This document shows, one piece after another, positions 1 through 21,413 of a stretch of 64,000 nt of DNA (its first letter is position 1; every line of letters begins with the position of its first letter). The DNA is taken from the NCBI RefSeq assembly GCF_009914755.1, contig NC_060940.1. The stretch is one strand, 5' to 3'. Origin of the DNA: the human T2T-CHM13v2.0 reference genome, Homo sapiens. The position numbers were made by a program, and so were the translations under genes. The notes below the pieces were generated by a model, which was not told the origin of the DNA, did no database searches, and saw only the letters and a program-made list of their open reading frames with translations.

Positions 1-562
1 AGAGAGAAGGCACAAGGGTCTTCAGTGGGATTGGGAAGGTATTATTTCTTGAGGCAGGTTGTGGTAAAAGGTATTTGTTTTAATCGTTTTTAATAACTTT
101 TGTGTATGTTTTGATATTTAGTATTTGATCAAACTCCAAGCAACTGGATTCATGGCCATTGTGAGCTTGCACTTTGCAGCAGGAGAGCTGACTGCATCTG
201 TGACGGCTCGGACGGCCTGGGACGGTCGTTTCTTTTCTGAGACAGGGTCGTTCTCTGTCACCCAGGCTGGAGCACAGTGGCGCGATCACGGCTCACTGCA
301 GCTTCAACCTCCCGCCTCAGCCTCCCAAGTAGCTGGGACCACAGGCGTGCACCGTTGTGCCCAGGTCTAAGTGTTTCGATTTAGAAATGGTTTCCTCTTA
401 GGTGGGAACCACTCCTGCTCCTCACTGAAGTGACCTCAGCGAATGAAGTGTGGGTGACCTCGAACAGCACAGCGTTAGTCTTTGTCTCTGATAACGTCAG
501 GGAAGAATTGGAGGAAGTGCAGGATCTTCTGTGCAGGACGCTGCCCCTCCCCGTCCAGCTGA

Positions 563-910
<348 letters not shown>

Positions 911-1081
911 TGAGTGAGGGTGTGGGCACAGGCTGGCAGCCTGTGAGAGTGAGGCTGTGGGCTCCTGTGAATGAGGGTGTGGGCGCTGGCTGTTGCCATC
1001 CTTTTGGATACCTGTGATTGAGGGCATGCTTCTTTCTCATGCAGGGACCTCAGCCTATTGATTTGCATTTATTTGGTTGCC

Positions 1082-1905
<824 letters not shown>

Positions 1906-2676
1906 GCTGTCTTGCTATTTTTAAAAACAGGAAACCTTGTTCTTAAAATACACCATGGCTAAGTGCAGAAGACGGTGCTCATTCACGTAAATCCTCTGGT
2001 GGATGCCTGATTATTTCAGTCTGGAAGGTTATTTTAACCTACAACACTATGCTCAGCTCTAGACGAGTCACCTGATAAAACAGCTGCCTTAAAGAGAAAA
2101 TGCTCAGAATTCTGTCTTAGCAGTTTGGGGTGTGAGTGAGGGAGCAGCAGGTGCCATCCCCACCCCTCATCCCTGTCCTCTGCTGGAGTTTCCAGTTAAC
2201 CTCAAAGAGAGTCCCGCAAGTCCGTCTGTGTCCTCCCTTTGGGGTGTTGCCGTCCAGTCATGCTGAAATCTGAGCTAAACATGCAGAGTTTACTTAGGAA
2301 AACGCTGCGTTTGGAGAATCGTGTGCCAGGGAGACGGACCTGTTGGTGTCCTGGTGTGAGGGATGAACAGTCTCAGGTTTTGTGGTTAAACATGAACCCT
2401 CTGTGGCCGCAGTTTCCTAAAACATCTGTTTTTGGCCGTAGTCTTGATTTTGCCATCCTCAGTCCCGTGCTGCAGCCTCGCCGGCCTCTGGGGGGCTCCT
2501 GCTGTGTCTGCAGGTGTAGCTGAGTCTGAGGCACACATCAGACGTGGGGCTGTGAGCTAACTTGCAGACCTCCCTCCATTTCTTAGTTTTCCTATGAGTG
2601 GAAAATAGAAAGTCTATCTGTTGAAATTTTATTTCTCAAATTGTGGTTGAGGAAACAAATTTTTTAGACTTGGAAG

Positions 2677-2835
2677 TACAGATGTTCCTTGAATTAGGAT
2701 ATTTTCAGCTTCCCAGGGGCTCACTGGGAGGTAGCCCCATCGTAGGTCAAGGAGCTTAGTGTGCATATTGCTTTTACACCATTGTAAAATGGAAAGACCG
2801 TAAGTGGAACCGTCGTACGTTAGGAATCACCTCTA
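2677..2835. mobile_element. MER47-like (Tigger family) DNA transposon remnant
   Basis: cagatgttccttgaatta and catcgtaggtcaaggagc...accattgtaaaatggaaa...gaaccgtcgta resemble the recalled MER47 consensus. Confidence 0.5.
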
Positions 2836-2884
2836 GTTTCTGAATGGTGTCCTCTTCACAATGCTGAGGTTGTCATTACCATGA

Positions 2885-3127
<243 letters not shown>

Positions 3128-3285
3128 TGATGCTTGAACTAAACCTAACTTGGCTTTGTAATCTGAGAAACAGATTGCAATCAAAAATCTCAAACTGTCT
3201 TTGCCTATAGTTAACTAGACTTTTTAGTGGGAGGGTTAAATAAATATAGAAGTGAATGATACAATGCCAGGAGATTTGGAAATAT

Positions 3286-3890
3286 AGTTATCCCTGGGTA
3301 TCCATGGGGGCTGGTTCTCGGACTTCCCAAGGATACCAGCACCTGAGGATGCCTAAGCCCCTGGTGTAGGATGCTGAAGTCTAAGCCCCTGATGTAGATG
3401 CCGAAGTCTCAGCCCCCGACGTAAGATGCTGAAGTCTCAGCCCCCGACGTAGGATGGCGAAGTCTCAGCCCCCGACGTAGGATGCCGAAGTCTCAGCCCC
3501 CGACGTAGGATGCCGAAGTCTCAGCCCCCGACGTAGGATGCCGAAGTCTCAGCCCCCGACGTAGGATGCCGAAGTCTCAGCCCCCGACGTAGGATGGCGA
3601 AGTCTCAGCCCCCGACGTAGGATGGCGAAGTCTCAGCCCCTGGTGTAAAATGCCGAAATCTTTGTGTGTAACCTAAGAACATTCTCTGATATGCTTTAAA
3701 TCATCTGTAGGTTGATAATAATACCCAATACCCTGTAAATACTATTTCAATCGTTGTTATACTTTAGGGAATAATGACAAAAATGTGTCTGTGCATGTTG
3801 AGTATAGATGCACGTTTTTCCCCAGATACATTCATTCTGTGCTTGGTTAAACCTGCAGAGATGAAACCTGTGGCTGTGGAGGCCAACCGT
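3286..3890 (+). mobile_element. MER2 (TcMar-Tigger MITE) with an internal VNTR
   Basis: agttatccctgggtatccatggggg...ctttaaatcatct...tttagggaataatgacaa...ggaggccaaccg follows the recalled MER2 consensus. Confidence 0.8.
3345..3660. repeat. 28-bp VNTR, about 10 copies
   Basis: Unit CCCCCGACGTAGGATGCCGAAGTCTCAG. Confidence 0.95.
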
Positions 3891-3954
3891 GTGCAAGTCC
3901 GTTGGAGTTTGTTTAGTCACTTTCTTTAGTTGTCTGGCGCTTCTGAATTCACAT

Positions 3955-4167
3955 TCTTGTATAATTTTCACTGACTGTGCTCTTTGATGAAAGCTTCCCA
4001 AATGGTCAGAGTGAGTGTGCAGATGCCGGAGATACCTAGTGATCTGGCCAGCCTTGTGACAATAACAACGTTCAGCTTTTTCTATTTTCAGTATATTTTG
4101 TTTTCAAAAGTAAGCGATCACTTTCAGTTAGCAAGGCAAGATCAGCCTAGCAGTAAGAAAGAAAGTC
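3955..4167. repeat. Left arm of a long non-Alu inverted repeat
   Basis: Reverse complement of 5755-5957, with perfect blocks of 24, 22, 29 and 32 bp. Confidence 0.93.
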
Positions 4168-4645
4168 AAGGAGGACCGTGATAATGTCCTGGGCTTGCTC
4201 TCTTCTACAGACAGGAAAATGGAACGGGAAAAGGGTAGACACAGGAAGGTGAAATTCTCATTTCAGTGTTGAGAGGGAAACAGACCAGGTGGGAGCTGTC
4301 AGCACGTATGGACCATGGACCCTGACAGGTTCCTTAGTAGGACAAATGAGGGGCCAGCGGGTACTGAAACAGAGGTTTATTGTTGACTTGTAATCTCTGA
4401 AGATGTAGAATGCCAGTGACTGGCAAGTACTCCCTTGATCAAAATGTACCTCTAGCCGGGTGCAGTGGCTATGCCTGTAATCCCAGCACTTTGGAAGGCT
4501 GAGGCAGGGAGGATCTCTTGAGCCCACAAGTTCGAGACCAGTCTGGGCAGCATGGAGAACCCCATCTCTACAGAAAAAAAAAAAAGATGCACCTTTAATT
4601 CTATAACCCAGCAACACCTGGAAGATCACTGCTCTGAGGCTGTGT

Positions 4646-5752
<1,107 letters not shown>

Positions 5753-5754
5753 TG

Positions 5755-6328
<574 letters not shown>

Positions 6329-6453
6329 TAGCCTGAAGCCACAATTAGACAGCAGCTCACCTTCCTTTCCCATGGTCCGGCTGTAAGGCGTGTAGTAACC
6401 AATGTTGCCTGAGGGCCTCTCACCCCTAACTCTGGGGTGCCTGAGCCTTGTGA

Positions 6454-7082
<629 letters not shown>

Positions 7083-7192
7083 GAGTAATTTTTTTTAAAG
7101 CAAATTGCTAGATAAGTTTCTTACTAATTAATGACGAAACATTTCCCTTCTGTGCTTGAAGACTGACTGTGAGCCTCGTCAGCCTGACATGA

Positions 7193-7477
<285 letters not shown>

Positions 7478-7879
7478 TGAGCAGAGGCCGGCCGTCCTCC
7501 TCTCCCAGAAGGGCTCCTGCGGGACCTGGAATTCCATCGATGACGTGTCGTGGGTTGGCGGTGACCTCTACCATGTCCCATGGGGACACCAAGCAGGTGC
7601 TGGTGCCTGTTCAACCAGCAGCACAAGCCTCGTGCACATGGTTCAGCCAAGCAGAGGCTGCCAAGACCCATGCCTACTGTGCCGTTAGCCGTCCTGGGCC
7701 CTTCATCCCTTGCAAAGCTCTGTGCTTTTTCCAGAACCACATAAACACCTTAGCCAGTTGGTGGCAGTGCATGAGCTGCCTATCACGTGCGTCACTTACA
7801 CGTTTCCTCCGCGGGCCTGGTACGGTGGGTCGCACCTGTAGTCCTGGCACCTCGAGGGGCTGACATGTGTTCCCTCTGC

Positions 7880-10100
<2,221 letters not shown>

Positions 10101-12450
10101 CTTTTTTTTTCATTATTACTGTTTTTTAGGGGCTTTGCAGCAAAACCCAGAGGGACTGCTAGACAGATTCTGGAAGAGCTGTGCCACTCATAATTTTAGG
10201 TGTAATGAGTCTGTCTGGTTGTGCTGCCACGTCTCTCCCTGTGCCCCCTGGAGAGGGTGTGACGCTGGTTAGAGGGCGGAGCAGAGCATCAGGGTGCTGC
10301 ACTGCAGCGAGGGAGACACCCCATTTGTTGTGACCCCTTGAAAATGACTTCTGGTCTGGCTTTGACAATTTTTTTTTTTAATGGAGCTGACCCAATAAAG
10401 GTGACATGGAATTATTTTTCTTCTGAGCTAGTTTTGCAAGATTATTATTATTTTTTTTATGTGGATATTGTCGTGGTAAAATAGATAGCCAGGCTTGGTG
10501 GTGCAGGCCTGTGTTCCCAGCTGTTGGGGAGGCCGAGGCAGAAGGAGTGCTGGAACCTGAGCTAGGGAGTGTGCTGTGCGATGGTCTCGCCTGTGAACAG
10601 CCTCTGCATTGCAGCCTGGACAACACAGCGAGACCCTGTCTCTAAAAGACAATGAATACGTTCACATAGATTTACCATTTTAATCATTCTGAAGTTCATT
10701 GACATTCAGTATATTCGCACTGTTGAGCAACCGCCACCACCACGTGTCTCCAGAACTTTCTCTTCAAACCGAAAACCTGTCCCCATTCAACCCTCCCCAT
10801 TCTCCATCCCCAGCCCCTTGCAGCCTGTGTCCCGCTGTCTGTCTCTGAGTTTGACTGTTGTAGGGACCTCATAGAATTGGAGTCCTACAGTGTCTGTCCT
10901 TTGCTATCCGCCTTCTTTCAAGCACATAACATCTCTAGGGGCCACCTGTACTGGGCACGTGTCAGGATTTCCTTCCTCTTTGAGGCTGAACGATGCTGCC
11001 TTGTGTGTAGGGGCTGCGTCTTGTTATTTGCCCGTCGGTGGACATGTGGACTGTGGTGAATCAGGCTGTGTTAACATAAGTACAAGCATCTTCTGAAGTC
11101 TCTGCTTTGTAAGATTTATTTTTAATCAGAATTCTAGTTACATTTTAGGTATTGTAGATGAGGGAGACTTTTTTTCCCCAAGTGTTCTGGCTCCGAGAGA
11201 GCCGTTGACTTCCTGTTTTCTTTGTTGCCTGTGGCTGTCTGGAGTCGTGTGTGTTAGCACACATGCACAGCCCAGTTTTGACTACTCAGCTAAGGGGGAG
11301 CTTGCTCCACCTCTCATTGCAAAATCACTTTAGACTTACAGAAGCGTTGCCACGGTAGTCAGAGTGTTCTTTGATGCCTTCCTGCAAGCTCCCTGAAGGC
11401 TGACTGTGACATACATGGTCTGCAGGTTCGGACCAGGCCACGCTGTCCGTGACTGCCCCCTAGACCCATCCACAGGTGCTTCCGCCCCCCCGATGTGGAT
11501 GTTTGGTCTCCTTGGTCTCTTCCCCTCCTGTGTCATTTGTTGGTCTTGTTTTTTGAGACAGGGTCTTGCTGTGTTGTCCAGGTTGGTCTTGAACTCCTTG
11601 GCTCATGCAATCCTCCTGCCTCAGCCTCCCGAGTAGCTGGGATTACAGGTGGGCTTCACTGTTCCTCAGTGTTTGTCTTTGGTGACTGTGACACTGTACA
11701 GGCCAGTGACGTTCAGGAGTGTCATCTCTGGAACTGTGACATGTCCTCAGGATCAGGTCGAGCAGTGCATTTGGCAGGATCGGTGCAGCAGTGCTGTGGT
11801 GTGCCTTGAGGTTTACAGTGTCGCTGCACCTGTCGCTGGCGGTGGACTCTGCTGAGGACTTTGGCCCTGGGCTGGCATGCATCTCTTCTGGGTGCTCCAT
11901 GTTCCCTGTGCTGGCGCCCGTCTCTTCTGGGTGCCCCGCGTTCCCGTCTGCCTCTGGGCTGCTGTGAAGTCAGGTAGACTGATGCCCACAGAAGTGTTCT
12001 CTAGGCTCTGAAAGCTCTGAGGTTAGAAGATGAAAGTGAGATTCCCGACAGTGTGCAGGACGCAACGACGTTTGCGGAGAATGCTTCACACCTCTCCTGC
12101 TGCTTGTCCCCCGTGTCTCTAGTCGTCTCTCAACACGCTTATTCAGGAACTAACGCGTGAGCAACCGAGACCTGAATGGCTGCCTTCTGCACACACAGCA
12201 AGTGGTCATGGGAGTCAAGTTTTCAGAGAACAGAATGTCTTCAGAGATGTGGGGGGAGCAGTTCAGATTCTGTGATGTCTGAGGTGTCACTGAGGAGAGA
12301 CCCGTCCTCAGAGGTGGGTCCTTGGGGTTCAGGGACCCCACCGCCTCTGCTGGGAGAGCTGCCCTGTACCTCAAGCGGACATCACCATGCGTTTTAGAGG
12401 CCTCTGGAGCCTACAGGCTCGCTGTACTGCTTCTCTGCAGAGCATCTTTA

Positions 12451-12950
12451 TGTGGCCTCTCTGGTGCTGTGTGGCCTTCAGTGTGGCCTCTCTGGTGCTG
12501 TGTGGCCTTCACTGTGGCCTCTCTGGTGCTGTGTGGCCTTCACTGTGGCCTCTCTGGTGCTGTATGGCCTTCAGTGTGGCCTCTCTGGTGCTGTGTGGCC
12601 TTCACTGTGGCCTCTCTGGTGCTGTGTGGCCTTCACTGTGGCCTCTCTGGTGCTGTGTGGCCTTCACTGTGGCCTCTCTGGTGCTGTGTGGCCTTCAGTG
12701 TGGCCGCTCTGGTGCTGTGTGGCCTTCAGTGTGGCCGCTCTGGTGCTGTGTGGCCTTCAGTGTGGCCGCTCTGGTGCTGTGTGGCCTTCAGTGTGGCCTC
12801 TCTGGTGCTGTGTGTCCTTCACTGTGGCCTCTCTGGTGCTGTGTGGCCTTCAGTGTGGCCTCTGGTGCTGTGTGGCCTTCAGTGTGGCCTCTCTGGTGCT
12901 GTGTGGCCTTCAGTGTGGCCGCTCTGGTGCTGTGTGGCCTTCAGTGTGGC
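12451..12950. repeat. 31-bp VNTR, about 16 copies
   Basis: Unit TGTGGCCTCTCTGGTGCTGTGTGGCCTTCA(G/C). Confidence 0.96.
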
Positions 12951-13055
12951 TCTGACCATTGCTTCTGGAGGCTGCTCAAGGATGGGTGGGTGGTTTGGGT
13001 TTTGAGGAAATCTGCAGAGCACCTTGGGTTCTGGCCGCAGAGTCTGAGGACTCTC

Positions 13056-13282
13056 GGTGAGGCGGGTGAGGCGGGTGAGGTCAGGTGAGGCAGGTGAGGT
13101 GAGGCGGGTGAGGTCAGGTGAGGCGGGTGAGGTCAGGTGAGGCAGGTGAGGTGAGGCGGGTGAGGTCAGGTGAGGCGGGTGAGGTGAGGCAGGTGAGGTG
13201 AGGTGGGTGAGGCGGGTGAGGGCGGGTGAGGCGGGCGAGGTGGGCGAGGCAGGCGAGGCGGGTGAGATCGGGCGAGGCGGGC
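13056..13282. repeat. GGTGAG-rich simple repeat
   Basis: Mixed units GGTGAGGCGG, GGTGAGGTCA, GGTGAGGCA. Confidence 0.92.
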
Positions 13283-13359
13283 GGCTGCGCTGCTCTGGCT
13301 GTGTGGCGTGGACACCAAGGTCTTCGTCCTGTGAGTCTGCGGCCTTCTTCTCCAACCAG

Positions 13360-13505
13360 GTGCCTCTCTTGACCAGCTACCCTCCCAGGGGACCATGAGG
13401 AAGCTCAGAGGAAAGACCCCCGCCTGCTCCTGTCTCACGGAGCCCACAGGGTCACGGAGGGCAATGGAGGGTCATTCGCTCTGCTGGGGTTGCCTTTTGC
13501 ACTGA
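13360..13505 (+). CDS. SPG7: Alternative terminal exon of the short SPG7 isoform (489 aa total); 3'UTR probably ends near AATAAA at 14297
   Basis: ccttcttctccaaccag|GT GCC TCT...CAC TGA is in frame with exon 9 and gives GASLDQLPSQGTMRKLRGKTPACSCLTEPTGSRRAMEGHSLCWGCLLH*, which matches the recalled isoform-2 C-terminus. Confidence 0.88.
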
Positions 13506-14296
13506 AGATAGAGACCACCTTTTTGAGTGACTTGAGCCCAAAGGCAAGCGTATATCAAACGATCTTCTCCACATAACCTCTCTGTGCCATCATAAGAATA
13601 GCTGCTTCCGCCCCCGGATTTGCTCAGGCCTGGGAATCCGCTGACTGAAGGCCTCTTGTTGAGTGCCAGCTCTAAACAAGTCCCTTTATGCAGAGCCACA
13701 GCTGTGCATGCTCAGCCCTGCCGAGGTCCCAGGCCAGGCTTTGTTGCTTCCGTTCATGGAAGCGCACAGGATAGGGCCGACGCTGTGCCGGTCGTGGGGA
13801 AATCTCACTGGGGAAGAGAAAAGCCCAAGCCTTGTTGGTTACGTCAGCCGGTCCATGGCGGTGTCCTGCGGACCCCAGAGCCCCCTGGGAAGGGCGCAAG
13901 TCAAAGAGCACTGGAGGCACCGCCGGCGATGGACGTCCAGGTCCCGGCTCCTGTGCTGGAAAGCGTTGATGGGGAGCGTCGGCGCTGACCACACGCGGGA
14001 GCTGCGGAAGCCCAGCGGTTCACACAGGCCTCCCTTCAACGTAGTCATCCCCTGGTGGTGGAAGCAAGACGACGGCCCCTGACGTGCAGCCACACACAGA
14101 AAAGGCTGCTGTGAACATTTTATGCTTCGACTTTTTTTTTCTTCAGAGACAGGGTGTCGTTCTGTCGCCCAGGCTGGAGTGCAGTGCCACCATCATAGCT
14201 CACTGCAGCCTCCACCTCCTAGGCTCAAGCTTCCTAAGTAGTTGGGACTCAAGGCTTGAGTCACCATGCCAGGCTCTGTTTTTTCAGTCTGTGAAA

Positions 14297-14302
14297 AATA
14301 AA
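14297..14302 (+). terminator. Intronic poly(A) signal for the short SPG7 isoform
   Basis: AATAAA followed by GU-rich sequence, about 800 nt after the alternative stop. Confidence 0.65.
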
Positions 14303-15639
14303 GTCATCAGCATGTGAGCTTGGCAGTGCTTGCCGTGAGCTCTTTCAGGTCCAGGCTCCCAGTGTCTGGGCAGTGAATGAGGTCCTGGGAAGCTGGGGTC
14401 CTGGTCCTGGTCCCAGTGTGACCCGGGACACCCCTACCTTTGTCCTTAATGTGGCAGTAAATGTATCAAGCACGCTCTGCCCTGGGAGCCGTGGACTGCC
14501 TGCCAGGTGGGTAGATGGGCGCTGGCAGAGGGAGAAGCTGAGGCCCAGCAGGAGCCGGCCGTCTGACTCACAACTCACGCCCGCCGACTGCCCCTGTACT
14601 TCCCTGGGGGTTGCGAGCACTGCCGAGCCCTGGGTGACGCTGGTGTGGCCAGGCTGGAGCGCAGAGAACCACACTTGGGGTTCAGAGTGTGTTCTCCCAC
14701 TCAGAAGCATTGGCTCTGCCGGGAGCGGGATGGGGATGCAGCTTTCTTCCCCATTTTAGACCTCAGGTTGGAAGGGCGCACTCAGGTGGCAGCAGCCACT
14801 TCGGGTTGGGCGTCTCGTGCTGTCCTGGTGCGTTGAGACATCCCTCAAAGAAAGCACGAGTACCCTCCACACCCACATAGCCAGGGCATCCACTGTCACC
14901 ACTCCATGTGGAAGTCCTGTTGGTAAAATCTTGACAAGAGCCATTTAGAGAGCACGGGGGGAAATTCTCCCAGGTCCAAGCAGAATGGACAGTGAGCCTG
15001 GGGGACGGATGGACAGGAGGAGGCCTGGGCTTCTGGGCTCCGCAGGCAGGGAGGGGCCGGCAGTGTGGCTTATTCCCCGGGTGGACGAGGAGCCCTGGGC
15101 TTCTGGGCTCCGCAGGCGGGGAGGGGCCGGCAGTATGGCTTATTCCCACTTGAGTCAGCTCTTGAGCACTTGCTCGTGGCCCAGAGGTGATGCTGCTGTT
15201 TCTGCCCTCTGTCCTCTCAGAGGAAGTGGGTGCTGGTTCAAGGATCTCAGGCTCTGAGCGGGAGAGCGGGGTCAGGTCTAGCTTCTGTCCGTGGCTTGCT
15301 CCCTGTGGTGCTGCCTCTGCCTGCCCTGCCGTCTTCCACATGCGTCTCCAACAGGGAATGGAAGGAGCCTCTGACCCAAAAACATCCCCCAAACTGTCGG
15401 GTCCTGCGGCAAGTTGAGGGCCTCTCAGGGGTCCTGTCTGCGGCCCTGTGGGAAGTGAGGCTGTGGCAGCCGGTCCTTTATCCTGAGTTTGGTTGCTTGT
15501 TTTTTGGACAATGTCTTAGGTCCCAGTGATGGTGGACCAGCAGGCAGCCCTGAACACTGAGGATACTGTGGGAAACCCAGGCAGGAGCTAAGGGGTGGGA
15601 GCTCAGGGCTTGGGGGTGCAGATCTCGAGGCCCAAGGGG

Positions 15640-18300
<2,661 letters not shown>

Positions 18301-18319
18301 AAAAGTCACACCAGGGATC

Positions 18320-18620
18320 CGGTCCCAGAAAGTCCGTATCCTGAAACCGCATGTCCCTGACACATAGCTGCCCGGGGGGAGCATGTGTCCAGTCCCAGGA
18401 AGTCTGTATCCTGAAACCACATGTCCCTGACACATAGCGGCCCGGTAGGGAGCACGTGCCCTGCAGGGTGGCCACCCTGACACATAGCGGCCCGGTGGGG
18501 AGCACGTGCCCCGCAGGGTGGCCATCCTAACACATAGCGGCCCGGGGGGAGCACGTGCCCCGCAGGGTGGCCATCCTGACACATAGCCCGGTGGGGAGCA
18601 CGTGCCCCGCAGGGTGGCTG
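18320..18620. repeat. Compound tandem repeat (about 70-bp x2 merging into about 50-bp x4)
   Basis: Unit ccctgacacatagcggcccggtggggagCACGTGccccgcagggtggccat. Confidence 0.88.
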
Positions 18621-19299
18621 GGCTCTGCTGAAGGCCGAGCTGTGCTTGAACCCGGCGCCGCCCCCTCTAGGAGCTCGCACTGCACCTCTTTGGCCTGGCT
18701 GCTGTTTTTCTTTGAGACCGGTGTTCCTATTACTTTTCCCATTTTTTTCACTGTTTATACAATCTTTCAGAATTCTGTATCCACAGCCCTGGCCTCTGCA
18801 AGGAAGGCGCTCCACGACACTGAGCAGTAAGCCTTGGCAGGCCTTCCAGACAGCTCTGGAGGGGCCAGCTTGGGTCCCAGTCCCCACCCTCCCCAGCCTC
18901 TTGTTCCTCGTGTCATAGTGAGACAAGGCACTTGTGCTTCTGCTGCCTGTTTTTGTTTCTGAGTTTATTTTAAAAGTCACCGTGATTTTAAGACACTGTC
19001 TTTGCCTTGGCGAGGTGATTCTCTTCTGTGATCTCCCTTGTAGAAATGTGACTGGGACTTAGCATCCCAGCTTATCACATTCTGACGTGTGGAACCAGGG
19101 AGAATGGTTGTGTCTTTCAAAGTTTCTTTGAAATTCGGGAGCGATTTGCTTGGGAGTGGGGTGTGTCTTGGACTGAGCTGCTGTCCAGACCTGGCGGCTA
19201 CGGCTTAGTGAGGCTCAGGACAGTGGCCCTGGAGAAGCTGGTCAGGCCCCTCAGCCTCCTCAGAGCGTTCAAGGTCCTGTCCTAAGAACATGGGGTTGC

Positions 19300-20490
19300 T
19301 GGAGCCAGGGTCTCACTCCATTGCCCAGGCTGGAGTATAGGGGCATGATCATAGCTCACTGCAGCCTTCACCTCCTAGGGTCACATGGTCCTCCCACCTT
19401 GGCCTCCCAACGTGCTGGGATTATTAAGGGTTTCTTACATTAGTCACGGTAGATCCTGCTCTTACATTAGTCATGGTAGATCCTGTTCTTTTTTTTTTTT
19501 TTTTTTTTTGAGACGGAGTCTTGCTCTGTCGCCCAGGCTGGAGTGCAGTGGCGTGATCTCGGCTCCCTGCAAGCTCCGCCCTTCAGGTTCACGCCATTCT
19601 CCTGCTTCAGCCTCCGGAGTAGCTGGGACTACAGGCGCCCGCCACCACGCCCAGCTAATTTTCTGTATTTTTAGTAGAGATGGGGTTTCACTGTGTTAGC
19701 CAGGATGGTCTCCATCTGCTGACCTTGTGATCCGCCCTCCTCGGCCTCCCAAAGTGCTGGGATTACAGGCGTGAGCCACCGCGCCTGGCTATATCCTGTT
19801 CTTACATTAGTCACGGTGGGTCCTGTTCTTACGTTAGTCAAGGTAGGTCTTGTCGTATCTTTACTTTTAACACTGTTTATTGTGGACCTTTTCCTTTTTT
19901 TTTTTTTTTTTTTTTTTTTTTTGAGAGTCTTGCTCTGTCGCCCAGGCTGGAGTACAGTGACACAATCTCGGTTCACTGTAACCTCTGCTTCCTGGTTCAA
20001 GCAATTCTCCTGCCTCAGTCTCCCGAGTAGCCAGGATTACAGGCATGCGCCACACCCAGCTAATTTTTGTATTTTAGTAGAAATGAGGTTTCACCCTTTT
20101 GGCCAGGATGGTCTAGAACTTCTGACCTCAGGTGATCCACCTGCCTCAGCCTCCCAAAGTGCTGGGATTATAGGCGTGAGCCACCGCATCTGGCCACCAG
20201 TGGATTTTTTTTTTTTTTCCTGACGGAGTCTTGCCCTGTAGCCCAGGCTGGAGTGCAGTGGTGTCATCTTGGCTCACTGCAACCTCCGCCTCCCAGGTTC
20301 AAGCGATTCTTCTGCTTTAACCTCCTGAGTAACTGGGATTACAGGTGCACGCCACCACACCCGGCTAATTTTTTGTATCTTTTGTGGGGTTTCACCATTT
20401 TGGCCAGTCTTCTCTTGGACTCCTGGCCTCGTGATCTGCCTGCCTCGGCCTCCCAAAGTTCTGGGACTACAGGCGTGAGCCACTGCACCT
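19300..20490 (-). mobile_element. Cluster of antisense Alus; an AluY-like copy splits a 27-bp tandem repeat
   Basis: tcttacattagtcacggtagatcctg units flank the Alu at about 19488-19789. Confidence 0.85.
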
Positions 20491-21053
20491 GGTGGACTGG
20501 ATTCTTTTAAAGCAAACCCATAGTTTTGAATCTTATATGCTCTGAGTACGTTTCTTTAAATTCAGAGAAACACCACAGCATCATAACACCTGAACGTTCT
20601 TACGAGCATCCAGTCAGGTGTTCCCAGCAGCTTCATAAATCTCTTTTCGCAGTTGATTTATTCACATCAAGGGCCAGTCAAGGTTCACATACACCAGGGA
20701 TCAGTGATCGTTTCTGGACTCACTTTTAAATTCTCCGATGACAAACGTCAAGCCTGAAACCCAGGGCCTAGGGCCAGACGTTGAAGATAAAATGTTTCCA
20801 AGTCACAGCCTAAAGCTGGGTGTTAGCTAAAATGTTACAAAGTCACAATAATGATGACAGGGCGGTGGGGGGTGGGGGGTGGCTGTTAGGACCGGCTCCC
20901 AGATGGCACCGTGAGGCAGGGAGAGGCTCCAGGATGCTGTAGGAGCTCCCGGAGGGCCTTGGACAGTTCTGCTGTTTGCACTTGTCAAAATAGGCAAATT
21001 CCTGTTCCTCCTGGTGATGCTGGCTGGGAGCGATGGGGGATCGCGGCTCCTAG

Positions 21054-21413
<360 letters not shown>

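Noticed and set aside
3984-4181. Paralogous peptides DLASLVTITTF(S/R)FFYFQYILFS in ORFs 3984+ and 5633-
   Set aside because: This follows from the inverted repeat; a 10-nt indel breaks the shared frame and there is no coding evidence.
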